Positions 37,467 to 45,863 of a stretch of DNA of 64,000 bases are shown piece by piece (position 1 is the stretch's first letter; each line of letters opens with the position of its first letter). Both the position numbers and the translations under genes were made by a program. The stretch is from Flavobacterium sp. Lineage in GTDB: Bacteria; Bacteroidota; Bacteroidia; Flavobacteriales; Flavobacteriaceae. Below the pieces are notes generated by a model. That model did not search any database, had not been told where the DNA came from, and worked only from the letters and a program-made list of their open reading frames with translations. The stretch covers positions 62,450-126,449 of the forward strand of contig JBELHH010000002.1 of assembly GCA_042091515.1 (NCBI GenBank). The letters are read 5' to 3'.

Positions 37467-39089
37467 ATGAAAATACTACAACAACTGGGGTTTATAATTT
37501 TTTTAACCGGACTCACTCTTTTTACAGCAACTATTTTTACCGGTTCCTTTACTCTAACCCCTTTAGAAATAGAAAATTTCATCGCTCAAAAAGGGTATAA
37601 AAATGAACGAATCAAAGATGAACTTTTAAAAGCTACTCAGACAGATAAAAACCTCAATATTTTTGAATTCTCAACGCGTGTTCGCTCTGCTTTTAAAGCA
37701 TCAAATGATTATTACGATCATTTAATTGCTACCTATGACGCCGAAAAAAAATGGGATAAAAAAGGAGCTCAATATCAATTTAAAATTTATGAAAAACCAC
37801 ATACCTTCAGTTACGAACTTGCCAAAAAAGCAGGCGATGGCATCCTCAAAGAAAATATAGGAATTACATGGTTTTTAACCTTTGGTTTAGGGATTATCGG
37901 AGCCTTACTTTTTATTCTTCCAAATCTAATTATACTGGGAAAACCCGGAATAAAAAATAATGGCATTTATTTAGAGTCGAGTACAAATCGTGGTTTAATT
38001 GCTTGGTTGGTATTAATTTACTTGGTTTCATTTTACTTGGTCTTGTACTTTATGCCTGATTATGTAGTCAACTGGACATATATTCTTGATCCTATTAGTA
38101 TATTTTTAAATGGCGGGGAAGCCAGTCAATGGTTTGTTTATGGATTTTTATATTGTGTTGTGATGCTTGTTATGGGGGTGCGAATGTATATTAAATACAG
38201 GCATAATAAATATCAAATTATACGAACAACGTCTGTTCTATTTTTTCAGATTGTTTTTGCATTCTTACTTCCTGAAATAATGACCAGTTTAAATATGCCT
38301 GGTTATGATTTCAAAAATGCTTTTCCTTTAGATTATGATTTCTTTTTTGATTGGAATTTAGATCAATTAAGAAATAGTGGCAGTATAGGGTTGTTTATTC
38401 TTGTTTGGGGAATTGTATTAACACTTATTATCGTACCAGTGATGGTGTATTTCTTTGGAAAAAGATGGTATTGCTCTTGGGTTTGTGGTTGTGGAGGGCT
38501 AGCCGAAACATTAGGAGACCCTTACAGACAACACGCTGACAAAAGTCTGAATGCATGGAAATTAGAGCGATGGTTGATTCATTCAGTATTATTATTTTCT
38601 TTAATTATGACAATAGTCACCTTGTATTGTTATTTTTCAGGAACACAAAGTTTACTAGGAATACAATCTCAGTGGATCAAAGACACTTATAGTTTTTTAA
38701 TTGGAGCTTGGTTTGCAGGTGTTATTGGTACTGGTTTTTATCCCATTTTTGGAAACAGAGTATGGTGTCGTTTTGGATGTCCACTAGCTGCATATCTCGG
38801 GCTCGTTCAGCGATTTAAATCTAGGTTTAGAATAACTACTAATGGTGGGCAGTGCATCTCTTGTGGAAATTGTTCTACCTATTGTGAGCAAGGAATCGAT
38901 GTTAGAGCTTATGCACAAAAAGGAGAAAATATTGTTCGTTCTAGCTGTGTTGGTTGCGGTATTTGCTCGGCAGTATGTCCAAGGGGCGTTTTAAAATTAG
39001 AAAATGGTCCAGAAGAAGGACGGATTAATCCTACTGAGATATTGTTAGGAAATAATATAGATTTAATTGAGTTGATTAATAAAAAATAA
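37467..39089 (+). CDS. Polytopic membrane 4Fe-4S protein (NapH/CcoG-like polyferredoxin)
   Basis: CSWVCGCGG and CRFGCPLAA motifs, plus two ferredoxin motifs: CISCGNCSTYC (38853-38885) and CVGCGICSAVCP (38946-38978). The start is set at the ATG at 37467. Confidence 0.8.
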   Translation: MKILQQLGFIIFLTGLTLFTATIFTGSFTLTPLEIENFIAQKGYKNERIKDELLKATQTDKNLNIFEFSTRVRSAFKASNDYYDHLIATYDAEKKWDKKGAQYQFKIYEKPHTFSYELAKKAGDGILKENIGITWFLTFGLGIIGALLFILPNLIILGKPGIKNNGIYLESSTNRGLIAWLVLIYLVSFYLVLYFMPDYVVNWTYILDPISIFLNGGEASQWFVYGFLYCVVMLVMGVRMYIKYRHNKYQIIRTTSVLFFQIVFAFLLPEIMTSLNMPGYDFKNAFPLDYDFFFDWNLDQLRNSGSIGLFILVWGIVLTLIIVPVMVYFFGKRWYCSWVCGCGGLAETLGDPYRQHADKSLNAWKLERWLIHSVLLFSLIMTIVTLYCYFSGTQSLLGIQSQWIKDTYSFLIGAWFAGVIGTGFYPIFGNRVWCRFGCPLAAYLGLVQRFKSRFRITTNGGQCISCGNCSTYCEQGIDVRAYAQKGENIVRSSCVGCGICSAVCPRGVLKLENGPEEGRINPTEILLGNNIDLIELINKK

Positions 39090-39565
39090 TGGGTGTAAAG
39101 TTTAATCTAATCCTGTCATTTCTTCTAATATATACTGTTGGAGTTTGTCAAAAAAAATATCAAAAGGATTACTTTAATAATGGGAATTTAAAAGCAGAGG
39201 GATGGATTAAAGACTCAAAAAAACATGGATACTGGATCTTTTATTATCCAAATGGAAATAAAAAAAAAGAAGGTCACTTTAAAAACAATATCACTATTAA
39301 ATATTGGTATTTTTACCGACAAGACGGATCAAAAGAAAAAGAAGGTCACTATCACAATGATCAACAACATAAATGGTGGTTATATTTCGATACTTTTGGA
39401 AATGTGAATCATAAATGTCAATTAAATAAGAATCAAAAAAACGGGTACTGTCTAATTTATAAAAAAAATAAATTGATTAAAGCGTCAAAATATCATAACG
39501 ATAAAAAAATCAAAGAATGGACCAGTGTCTCTTCTTTTAAAAGAGAGAATAAGCGACCCAATTAA
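39089..39565 (+). CDS. MORN-repeat-variant (YwqK-like) lipoprotein
   Basis: Lipobox TVGVC and repeated G.W..YY.NG.KK.EG.. units. Its ATG overlaps the previous TAA. Confidence 0.7.
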   Translation: MGVKFNLILSFLLIYTVGVCQKKYQKDYFNNGNLKAEGWIKDSKKHGYWIFYYPNGNKKKEGHFKNNITIKYWYFYRQDGSKEKEGHYHNDQQHKWWLYFDTFGNVNHKCQLNKNQKNGYCLIYKKNKLIKASKYHNDKKIKEWTSVSSFKRENKRPN

Positions 39566-39567
39566 AA

Positions 39568-40263
39568 ATGGTAACACAAAATATTAAAGTAATCATCCCT
39601 GCGTTTAACGAAGAAGATTCCATAACTAAGGTGATCACTGACATCCCTAAAATAGTGAATGAAATTATTGTTGTTAATAATAATTCCTCAGATAATACCG
39701 AAAATAACGCTTTGAAAGCAGGGGCTACTGTATTAACTGAAAAAAGAAAAGGATACGGATATGCTTGTTTAAAAGGAATGGATTATATCGCTCAACAAGA
39801 AGGCAGTCCGGATATTATTGTTTTTTTAGATGGAGATTATTCAGATTACCCAGAACAGTTACTCGAAATTATTAACCCAATACTAACAAAGAAGATCGAT
39901 TTTGTAATCGGTGCTAGAGTTAAAAAACTTAGAGAATTAGGTTCCATGACTCCGCAACAGATTTTTGGAAATTGGCTCGCTACTTTCCTAATGGCTCTTT
40001 TTTTTAAGGCAACCTTTACCGATTTAGGGCCCTTCAGAGCTATCAAATATGAAAAGCTTTTAGCATTAAAAATGCAAGATAAAACGTATGGATGGACTGT
40101 AGAAATGCAGTTAAAAGTTCTAAAACAAGGAATCACTTATGTTGAAATTCCTGTTAAGTATAGAAACAGGATTGGGGTTTCTAAGGTGTCAGGAACCCTA
40201 AAAGGCTCTATCATGGCTGGTATAAAAATTTTAGGTTGGATTTTTAAATACAGTTTTAAGTAA
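39568..40263 (+). CDS. GT2 glycosyltransferase, polyprenyl-phosphate sugar synthase (Dpm1/ArnC)-like
   Basis: Motifs IIPAFNEED, NSSDNT and LDGDYSD; 231 aa. Confidence 0.85.
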   Translation: MVTQNIKVIIPAFNEEDSITKVITDIPKIVNEIIVVNNNSSDNTENNALKAGATVLTEKRKGYGYACLKGMDYIAQQEGSPDIIVFLDGDYSDYPEQLLEIINPILTKKIDFVIGARVKKLRELGSMTPQQIFGNWLATFLMALFFKATFTDLGPFRAIKYEKLLALKMQDKTYGWTVEMQLKVLKQGITYVEIPVKYRNRIGVSKVSGTLKGSIMAGIKILGWIFKYSFK

Positions 40264-41753
40264 TGATTCTAATTTATAGTATTATTGTCATTTATTCGCT
40301 AGCACTCATTCTTATTTTCATCTATGCTTTAGCACAATTGAACTTACTATTTAACTATGTAAGTGCTCATAAAAAAGAAGAGACTAGTCATCAATTTGAT
40401 TTAACAAATTCAGAAGAAACTCCGTTTGTAACAATACAACTCCCTGTTTATAATGAGTTGTATGTTATGGAACGTTTGTTAGACAATATTGCTCAATTAG
40501 AATATCCCAATGAAAAGTTAGAAATTCAAGTCTTAGATGATTCTACCGATGAATCAATTATAGCCACCAAAAACAAAATTAATGAATTACAGAACAGAGG
40601 CATCAATATTCAACATCTCAGAAGAAGCAACCGAAAAGGCTTTAAAGCTGGAGCTTTAAAAGAAGGATTGGTGAATGCTAATGGTGAATTTATTGCCATT
40701 TTTGATGCCGATTTTTTACCTGGACCTGATTGGTTGTTGCAAACTATTCCTTATTTTAAAAACCCTAAAATAGGGGTTGTACAAACACGTTGGGGGCATC
40801 TTAATAGAAATTACTCTACGCTTACTAAAATTCAAGCTTTTGCCTTAGATGCCCATTTTACTCTAGAGCAAGTAGGCAGGAATAGTAAAGGGCATTTTAT
40901 CAATTTTAATGGAACAGCTGGTATATGGCGTAAAGAATGTATTTTAGATGCAGGTAATTGGGAAGGAGATACTCTTACCGAAGACTTAGACTTAAGCTAT
41001 AGAGCTCAATTAAAAAACTGGAAATTTAAGTATTTAGAGCATGTAAAAACACCTGCAGAATTACCGGTGATTATCAGTGCTGCAAGATCTCAACAATTTA
41101 GATGGAATAAAGGAGGAGCAGAGAATTTTCAAAAAATGGCAAAACGGGTTCTTTTTTCTAAAAATATCTCTATAAAAACTAAAATTCATAGTTTGTTGCA
41201 TTTGTTAAATAGCTCTATGTTTTTAATGATTTTCATCGTGGCAATTTTAAGTATTCCTATGTTGTATATTAAAAACGAATATGCTCATTTAAGACCTTAT
41301 TTTTATGCAATGAGTTTCTTTGTTATAAGCACGATTATCTTTTTCATTTGTTATTGGTTTATGTATAAGAAAAGCTATGGGAAAGGGATTAAAAATTTCT
41401 TACGATATATTGTTGCTTTTATAACTTTTTTTACAATTGCAATGGGATTCTCTTTGCACAATTCAATTGCAGTTTTGGAGGGGCATCTGGGTAAAAAAAG
41501 TGAATTTATAAGAACCCCAAAATTTAATATTAAAACCCTAAAAGATCACTGGAAAAGTAATAAGTATATCAGAAAAAAGCCCTCTGTTCATGTAATTATA
41601 GAAGGGATACTAACCCTGTACTTTGCATTTGGTCTTTACAGTGCTTTTGTGGTAGGAAACCAAGGGGGTGATTTTGGACTTTTCCCTTTTCACCTAATGC
41701 TTTTCATTGGTTTTGGATATGTTTTTTCTAAATCTATTTTTTCTAAATCCTGA
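40263..41753 (+). CDS. Processive GT2 beta-glycan synthase (cellulose synthase/CslA-like)
   Basis: Motifs DDSTD, FDADF, TEDLDLS and QQFRWNKG (QxxRW), with N- and C-terminal TM helices. Confidence 0.85.
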   Translation: MILIYSIIVIYSLALILIFIYALAQLNLLFNYVSAHKKEETSHQFDLTNSEETPFVTIQLPVYNELYVMERLLDNIAQLEYPNEKLEIQVLDDSTDESIIATKNKINELQNRGINIQHLRRSNRKGFKAGALKEGLVNANGEFIAIFDADFLPGPDWLLQTIPYFKNPKIGVVQTRWGHLNRNYSTLTKIQAFALDAHFTLEQVGRNSKGHFINFNGTAGIWRKECILDAGNWEGDTLTEDLDLSYRAQLKNWKFKYLEHVKTPAELPVIISAARSQQFRWNKGGAENFQKMAKRVLFSKNISIKTKIHSLLHLLNSSMFLMIFIVAILSIPMLYIKNEYAHLRPYFYAMSFFVISTIIFFICYWFMYKKSYGKGIKNFLRYIVAFITFFTIAMGFSLHNSIAVLEGHLGKKSEFIRTPKFNIKTLKDHWKSNKYIRKKPSVHVIIEGILTLYFAFGLYSAFVVGNQGGDFGLFPFHLMLFIGFGYVFSKSIFSKS

Positions 41754-43105
41754 TGAATTTCTGTCAAAAAAGCCGCTCTATTTTAGCTGTCCTTTTGAGT
41801 ATAGGGTTGTATTCTTTCTTTGCATACCACCTAGAAAGAACTAATTTTTTATACCTATGTACATTATATCTTAGTTTATTTATTCCTTTTTTTTACTTTG
41901 TGAAAAACAGCCAGTTAAATTTTTATTTTTTGGCCGGGTTAGCCATTTTATTTCGATTCCTTTTCGTAGTTGCCATCCCTAATTTATCACAAGATTTTTA
42001 TCGATTTATATGGGATGGAAGAATGATTTTAGAAGGATTAAATCCTTATATCTCTCTTCCCAAAACATTTATTGAGCAAGGGAATTCACCCATCGAGCAA
42101 GCGACTGAGTTGTATGCAGGCATGGGAAGTTTTAACGGCAGTCATTTTACAAATTATCCACCAGTAAATCAGTTAAATTTTTTAATCGCTGCTATTGTTG
42201 CTAACTCAAGTATTTTGGGGTCAGTTGTTATATTACGTTTACAAATTATTTTAGCTGATATTGGAATTATTTATTTTGGTAAAAAAATATTAGAAAAGCT
42301 ACATTTACCCATTCATCATATCTTCTTATACGCTTTAAATCCATTTGTTATTATTGAACTAACAGGTAATTTACACTTTGAATCTGTGATGCTTTTTTTC
42401 TTGATTTGGAGTTTGTATTTATTATTTCAGAAAAAGTGGATCTGGGCTGCACTATTACTAGGGGTGTCAGTCTCTGTTAAATTAATTCCTTTACTCTTCC
42501 TGCCTTTATTTTATCAATGGTTTACAAAGCAAGATTTCAGAAAAGGGGTGGTGAGGTTTCTTTTTTTTGGTGGGATTATCCTTCTAACTAATATTATTTT
42601 ATTTGTTCCCTTTTTATCGTCAGAACTTATCTCTAGTTATTCAAATTCGATTGGGTTATGGTTTCGTAATTTTGAATTCAACGCCAGTATTTATTTTATC
42701 GCAAGAGAAATTGGAAGGCTCTTTAGAGGGTATAACGAAATTGCCATTATTGGAAAAATTATCCCTGCTGTTGTTATTGTTGTTTTATTGATGATCTCTT
42801 TTTTCAGAAAAAACAGACAGCCACAGCAACTCATTACTGCATTACTACTAGGGATCTCTTTTTACTATTTCACCTCAACAACTATTCATCCGTGGTATTT
42901 GGCAACCCTTGTATTGCTATGCGTATTTACCAACTATCGATATCCTATTGTATGGAGTGTAGTAATTATTTTAAGTTATCAAGCGTATGCTAACAGTCCT
43001 TGGGAAGAGAACCTATGGTTATTGATCCTAGAATACGTTGTGGTTTATGGTTTTCTATTGCGGGAAATAATTCAATTAAAAAAGAATTCCTTCTCAATTA
43101 AATAA
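41753..43105 (+). CDS. Polytopic GT-C-like (DUF2029/GT87-like) membrane glycosyltransferase
   Basis: More than 10 TM segments, with acidic residues in the first loop (SQDFYRFIWDGRM). Its ATG overlaps the previous TGA. Confidence 0.6.
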   Translation: MNFCQKSRSILAVLLSIGLYSFFAYHLERTNFLYLCTLYLSLFIPFFYFVKNSQLNFYFLAGLAILFRFLFVVAIPNLSQDFYRFIWDGRMILEGLNPYISLPKTFIEQGNSPIEQATELYAGMGSFNGSHFTNYPPVNQLNFLIAAIVANSSILGSVVILRLQIILADIGIIYFGKKILEKLHLPIHHIFLYALNPFVIIELTGNLHFESVMLFFLIWSLYLLFQKKWIWAALLLGVSVSVKLIPLLFLPLFYQWFTKQDFRKGVVRFLFFGGIILLTNIILFVPFLSSELISSYSNSIGLWFRNFEFNASIYFIAREIGRLFRGYNEIAIIGKIIPAVVIVVLLMISFFRKNRQPQQLITALLLGISFYYFTSTTIHPWYLATLVLLCVFTNYRYPIVWSVVIILSYQAYANSPWEENLWLLILEYVVVYGFLLREIIQLKKNSFSIK

Positions 43106-43162
43106 CATCATCAGCGATTCTTTTTAAAAGAATTCACTTACTTTTAAAAGAAAAATATTTCA

Positions 43163-43999
43163 ATGGATTTATCAAAAATAAAAATGGTTGTTTCTGATAT
43201 GGATGGGACCTTACTCAATTCTAAAGAAGAAGTTAGTCATTTGTTTTTTGAGCAGTTCAATAAACTTCAGAAACTTGGAATTCATTTTGTTGCAGCAAGT
43301 GGTCGTCAATATGAAAGTATTGCTCAAAAACTCAGCCCGATAAAAGATAAAATTACCATTGTAGCAGAAAATGGTGCGATTATTAAAAGAAAAGATCAAA
43401 CGCTTCTTTTACAAGTTTTAGATGCACAAAAGGTTATTAAACTGATTCCTACTTTAAGGCGTATTGATAATGCCTATATCATTTTATGTGGTGAGGAAAA
43501 AGCTTTTATCGAATCAAACGATCAAAAATTCATTACTATGTTTCAAGAATATTATCGTTCCCATGAAATCGTTAACGATTTAACAAGTGTCCCACTCACG
43601 ACATCTATTCTTAAAATTGCGATATATCATCCTGAGTCTTCAGAACAATTTATTTATCCTCATGTTCAAAAATTTTCTTATGATTTTCTATTAAAAATCT
43701 CTGGCAAAAACTGGTTAGACCTATCAGGGCAAAATTCTAATAAAGGCACTGCCATTCAATATCTTCAAAAAAAGATGTACATCACTCCAGAACAAACGAT
43801 GGTCTTTGGAGATTATTTAAATGATTTAGAAATGCTAAATGTTGCCCATTTTAGTTATGCAATGAAAAATGCACACAGTGAGGTTAAAAAAACCGCTCGT
43901 TTTATCACAGATAGCAATACTAATTTTGGGGTTGAAAAAATAGTAGATCAAGTGATTAAAGCCACTTCTCTTTACTCATCAAAAGAAACAGTACTCTGA
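43163..43999 (+). CDS. Cof-type HAD-IIB phosphatase
   Basis: Motifs DMDGTLL, SGRQ and GDYLNDLEM. Confidence 0.85.
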   Translation: MDLSKIKMVVSDMDGTLLNSKEEVSHLFFEQFNKLQKLGIHFVAASGRQYESIAQKLSPIKDKITIVAENGAIIKRKDQTLLLQVLDAQKVIKLIPTLRRIDNAYIILCGEEKAFIESNDQKFITMFQEYYRSHEIVNDLTSVPLTTSILKIAIYHPESSEQFIYPHVQKFSYDFLLKISGKNWLDLSGQNSNKGTAIQYLQKKMYITPEQTMVFGDYLNDLEMLNVAHFSYAMKNAHSEVKKTARFITDSNTNFGVEKIVDQVIKATSLYSSKETVL

Positions 44000-44931
44000 C
44001 GTTCTCTATTGACATGTAATTTGGTAACATCCGGTCTGGAATAATGACCTGCCACATCAAAATTTTGACGTTCTTGCAGCACTCGGGAGAAATCTAAAGT
44101 TTCATAAAATACACCTTCTTTATGAAGTATAGGTTCTAAAATCCATTCTCCGTCTGGACCTGCAATACAAGACCCTCCATTTGTTAAAATAGCTGGTGCA
44201 TTTTCCACTATTTTTTCGAAATGTGGCGTCTCTTTTGGAAAATCTGATTTCTTCATCAGACTAGACACAGAAATTACATATGAACGAGATTCTCTGGCTA
44301 TAAAACGTGTGATGTCTTTGGTATTGTGATCACTCCCTGGCCATACTGCAATGTGTAAGTTTTCTCCCTGACCATAAAGAGCTGCCCTGGGTAATGGCAT
44401 CCAATTTTCCCAACAATTTAATCCCCCCACCGTAAACTCTTTTAGTGGATGTACTTGTAAACCATGCCCGTCACCGGGAGCCCATGTCAAACGCTCATCA
44501 TAGGTTGGCTGAAGCTTGCGATGAACCGATTTTATATCTCCTTCTTGATTGATATATACCAACGATGCATAAATACTATGTCCTCCTCTATTTTGTGCAC
44601 GTTCCATCACTCCTAGATATACAGCTATTGAATGTTCTTTAGCCAGTTTGCAAATACTATTCAATTCTCCTTTTTCAATTGTAATTGAGTTCTGAACATA
44701 CTGTGCATGAATTTCCTTTTGAACCGAAGAATTCCATATTGCTCCATTGGTAAGTCCAATCCAAAAAGGATATCCTGGCAACAATGCTTCTCCAAAAATA
44801 ATCAACTCTGCTTGTTCTTTTGATGCCTCTCTTATCGAGTTTTCAATCTTCTGAATGGTGAGCATTTTATTTAACCAAACAGGTGCTATTTGCGCCAAAG
44901 CGACTTTTAGAAAATTTGAATTATTTATCAT
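43972..44931 (-). CDS. Nitrilase / carbon-nitrogen hydrolase
   Basis: Glu-Lys-Cys triad contexts FGEALLPGYP, HRKLQPT and GLNCWENWMP (Cys codon at 44413-44415). Confidence 0.85.
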   Translation of the reverse strand: MINNSNFLKVALAQIAPVWLNKMLTIQKIENSIREASKEQAELIIFGEALLPGYPFWIGLTNGAIWNSSVQKEIHAQYVQNSITIEKGELNSICKLAKEHSIAVYLGVMERAQNRGGHSIYASLVYINQEGDIKSVHRKLQPTYDERLTWAPGDGHGLQVHPLKEFTVGGLNCWENWMPLPRAALYGQGENLHIAVWPGSDHNTKDITRFIARESRSYVISVSSLMKKSDFPKETPHFEKIVENAPAILTNGGSCIAGPDGEWILEPILHKEGVFYETLDFSRVLQERQNFDVAGHYSRPDVTKLHVNRERQSTVSFDE

Positions 44932-44985
44932 TCGTTTTTTATTATTACATCAACTTCACAAAGTCATTAATTGATAAAAAAAAGA

Positions 44986-45777
44986 TTATATTTCTACACA
45001 TACAACCAGTCCCTCGTTTCCTCTAATATTAAAAACTATTTGATCTTCAAATATTAAATACTGACCTTTAATTCCAACCAATTTTCCAGTATACGTTCCT
45101 TGTTTTACAATCTGTAAGCTTTTCGGTTTCTCTGGGTATTTATAGACAGGGAAATTTAATTCTGTTTCAGAATTATTTTCTATATAATATTCTTTTGCTT
45201 CCTCTGGAATATATTGTCTTAATTTTTCCTGCCATTCTTTTAAATTTACATCTTCTATCTCATTTTTTAACATCTTTCTCCAGTTCGTTTTATCGGCCAC
45301 ATGATCTTTTAAGGCTACTTCGGTGATCCCTGCTAAATACCTATTAGGAACTTCAACAATTTCTATCGCTTCATGAGCGCCTTGATCTATCCAACGTGTA
45401 GGGATCTGTTGTTTTCTAGTAACTCCAACTTTTACATTACTAGCGTTTGCAAGATATACAATATGGGGTTGTAATTGAACAGATTTTTCATACGCTAAAT
45501 CTCTATCTTCCTTTCCTAAATGCGCGGTACTTAATTCGGGTCTCATAATCCAATCTCCTGCATTTGGAGTTTCAAAAAAACAAGATTTACAAAACCCTTG
45601 GCGATAAATTTCTTTTTCTAAATGACAGTTTAAACATTCATACTTTACAAAAGACAAGCTTATGTTTTTGTTTAACAGCTGATTAACATTTAAAAAATCA
45701 GTCCCTAATTCTAAATAGTATTGAATAGTTTCACTATTTTCAGTCATCATTTTTTTTAAAACCCCTTGGTATATCAT
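44986..45777 (-). CDS. DUF2797-like zinc-ribbon protein
   Basis: CLNCHLEKEIYRQGFCKSCFF (CxxC...CxxC). The size and overall pattern match my recollection of DUF2797. Confidence 0.55.
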   Translation of the reverse strand: MIYQGVLKKMMTENSETIQYYLELGTDFLNVNQLLNKNISLSFVKYECLNCHLEKEIYRQGFCKSCFFETPNAGDWIMRPELSTAHLGKEDRDLAYEKSVQLQPHIVYLANASNVKVGVTRKQQIPTRWIDQGAHEAIEIVEVPNRYLAGITEVALKDHVADKTNWRKMLKNEIEDVNLKEWQEKLRQYIPEEAKEYYIENNSETELNFPVYKYPEKPKSLQIVKQGTYTGKLVGIKGQYLIFEDQIVFNIRGNEGLVVCVEI

Positions 45778-45802
45778 CTAAAATATTTTTCTATTTTTAG
45801 CT

Positions 45803-45829
45803 TAAATTTGTAAGCCTTAAACAAATTTA
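45803..45829. promoter_or_regulatory. Two opposed TAAATTTG (-7 type) boxes for the divergent DUF2797 and GH3 genes
   Basis: TAAATTTG on the plus strand at 45803-45810 and on the minus strand at 45829-45822. Both match TAnnTTTG. Confidence 0.3.
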
Positions 45830-45863
45830 CATAAAAATGAATTTACTAAAATTATAATTATAT

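Noticed and set aside
39568-40263. The idea that this small GT2 is the second 'rSAM/selenodomain-associated transferase' (TIGR04283) belonging to the arsenosugar operon.
   Set aside because: It lies 10 kb from arsS, is translationally coupled to a different operon, and its motifs (KRKGYGYA, LDGDYSD) look like Dpm1/ArnC-type polyprenyl-phosphate sugar synthases.
43117-43133. AT-only hairpin (attctttt/aaaagaat) after the GT-C gene as a possible operon terminator.
   Set aside because: The stem consists almost entirely of A-T pairs with a 1-5 nt loop and no following T-run, so it is too weak to call.
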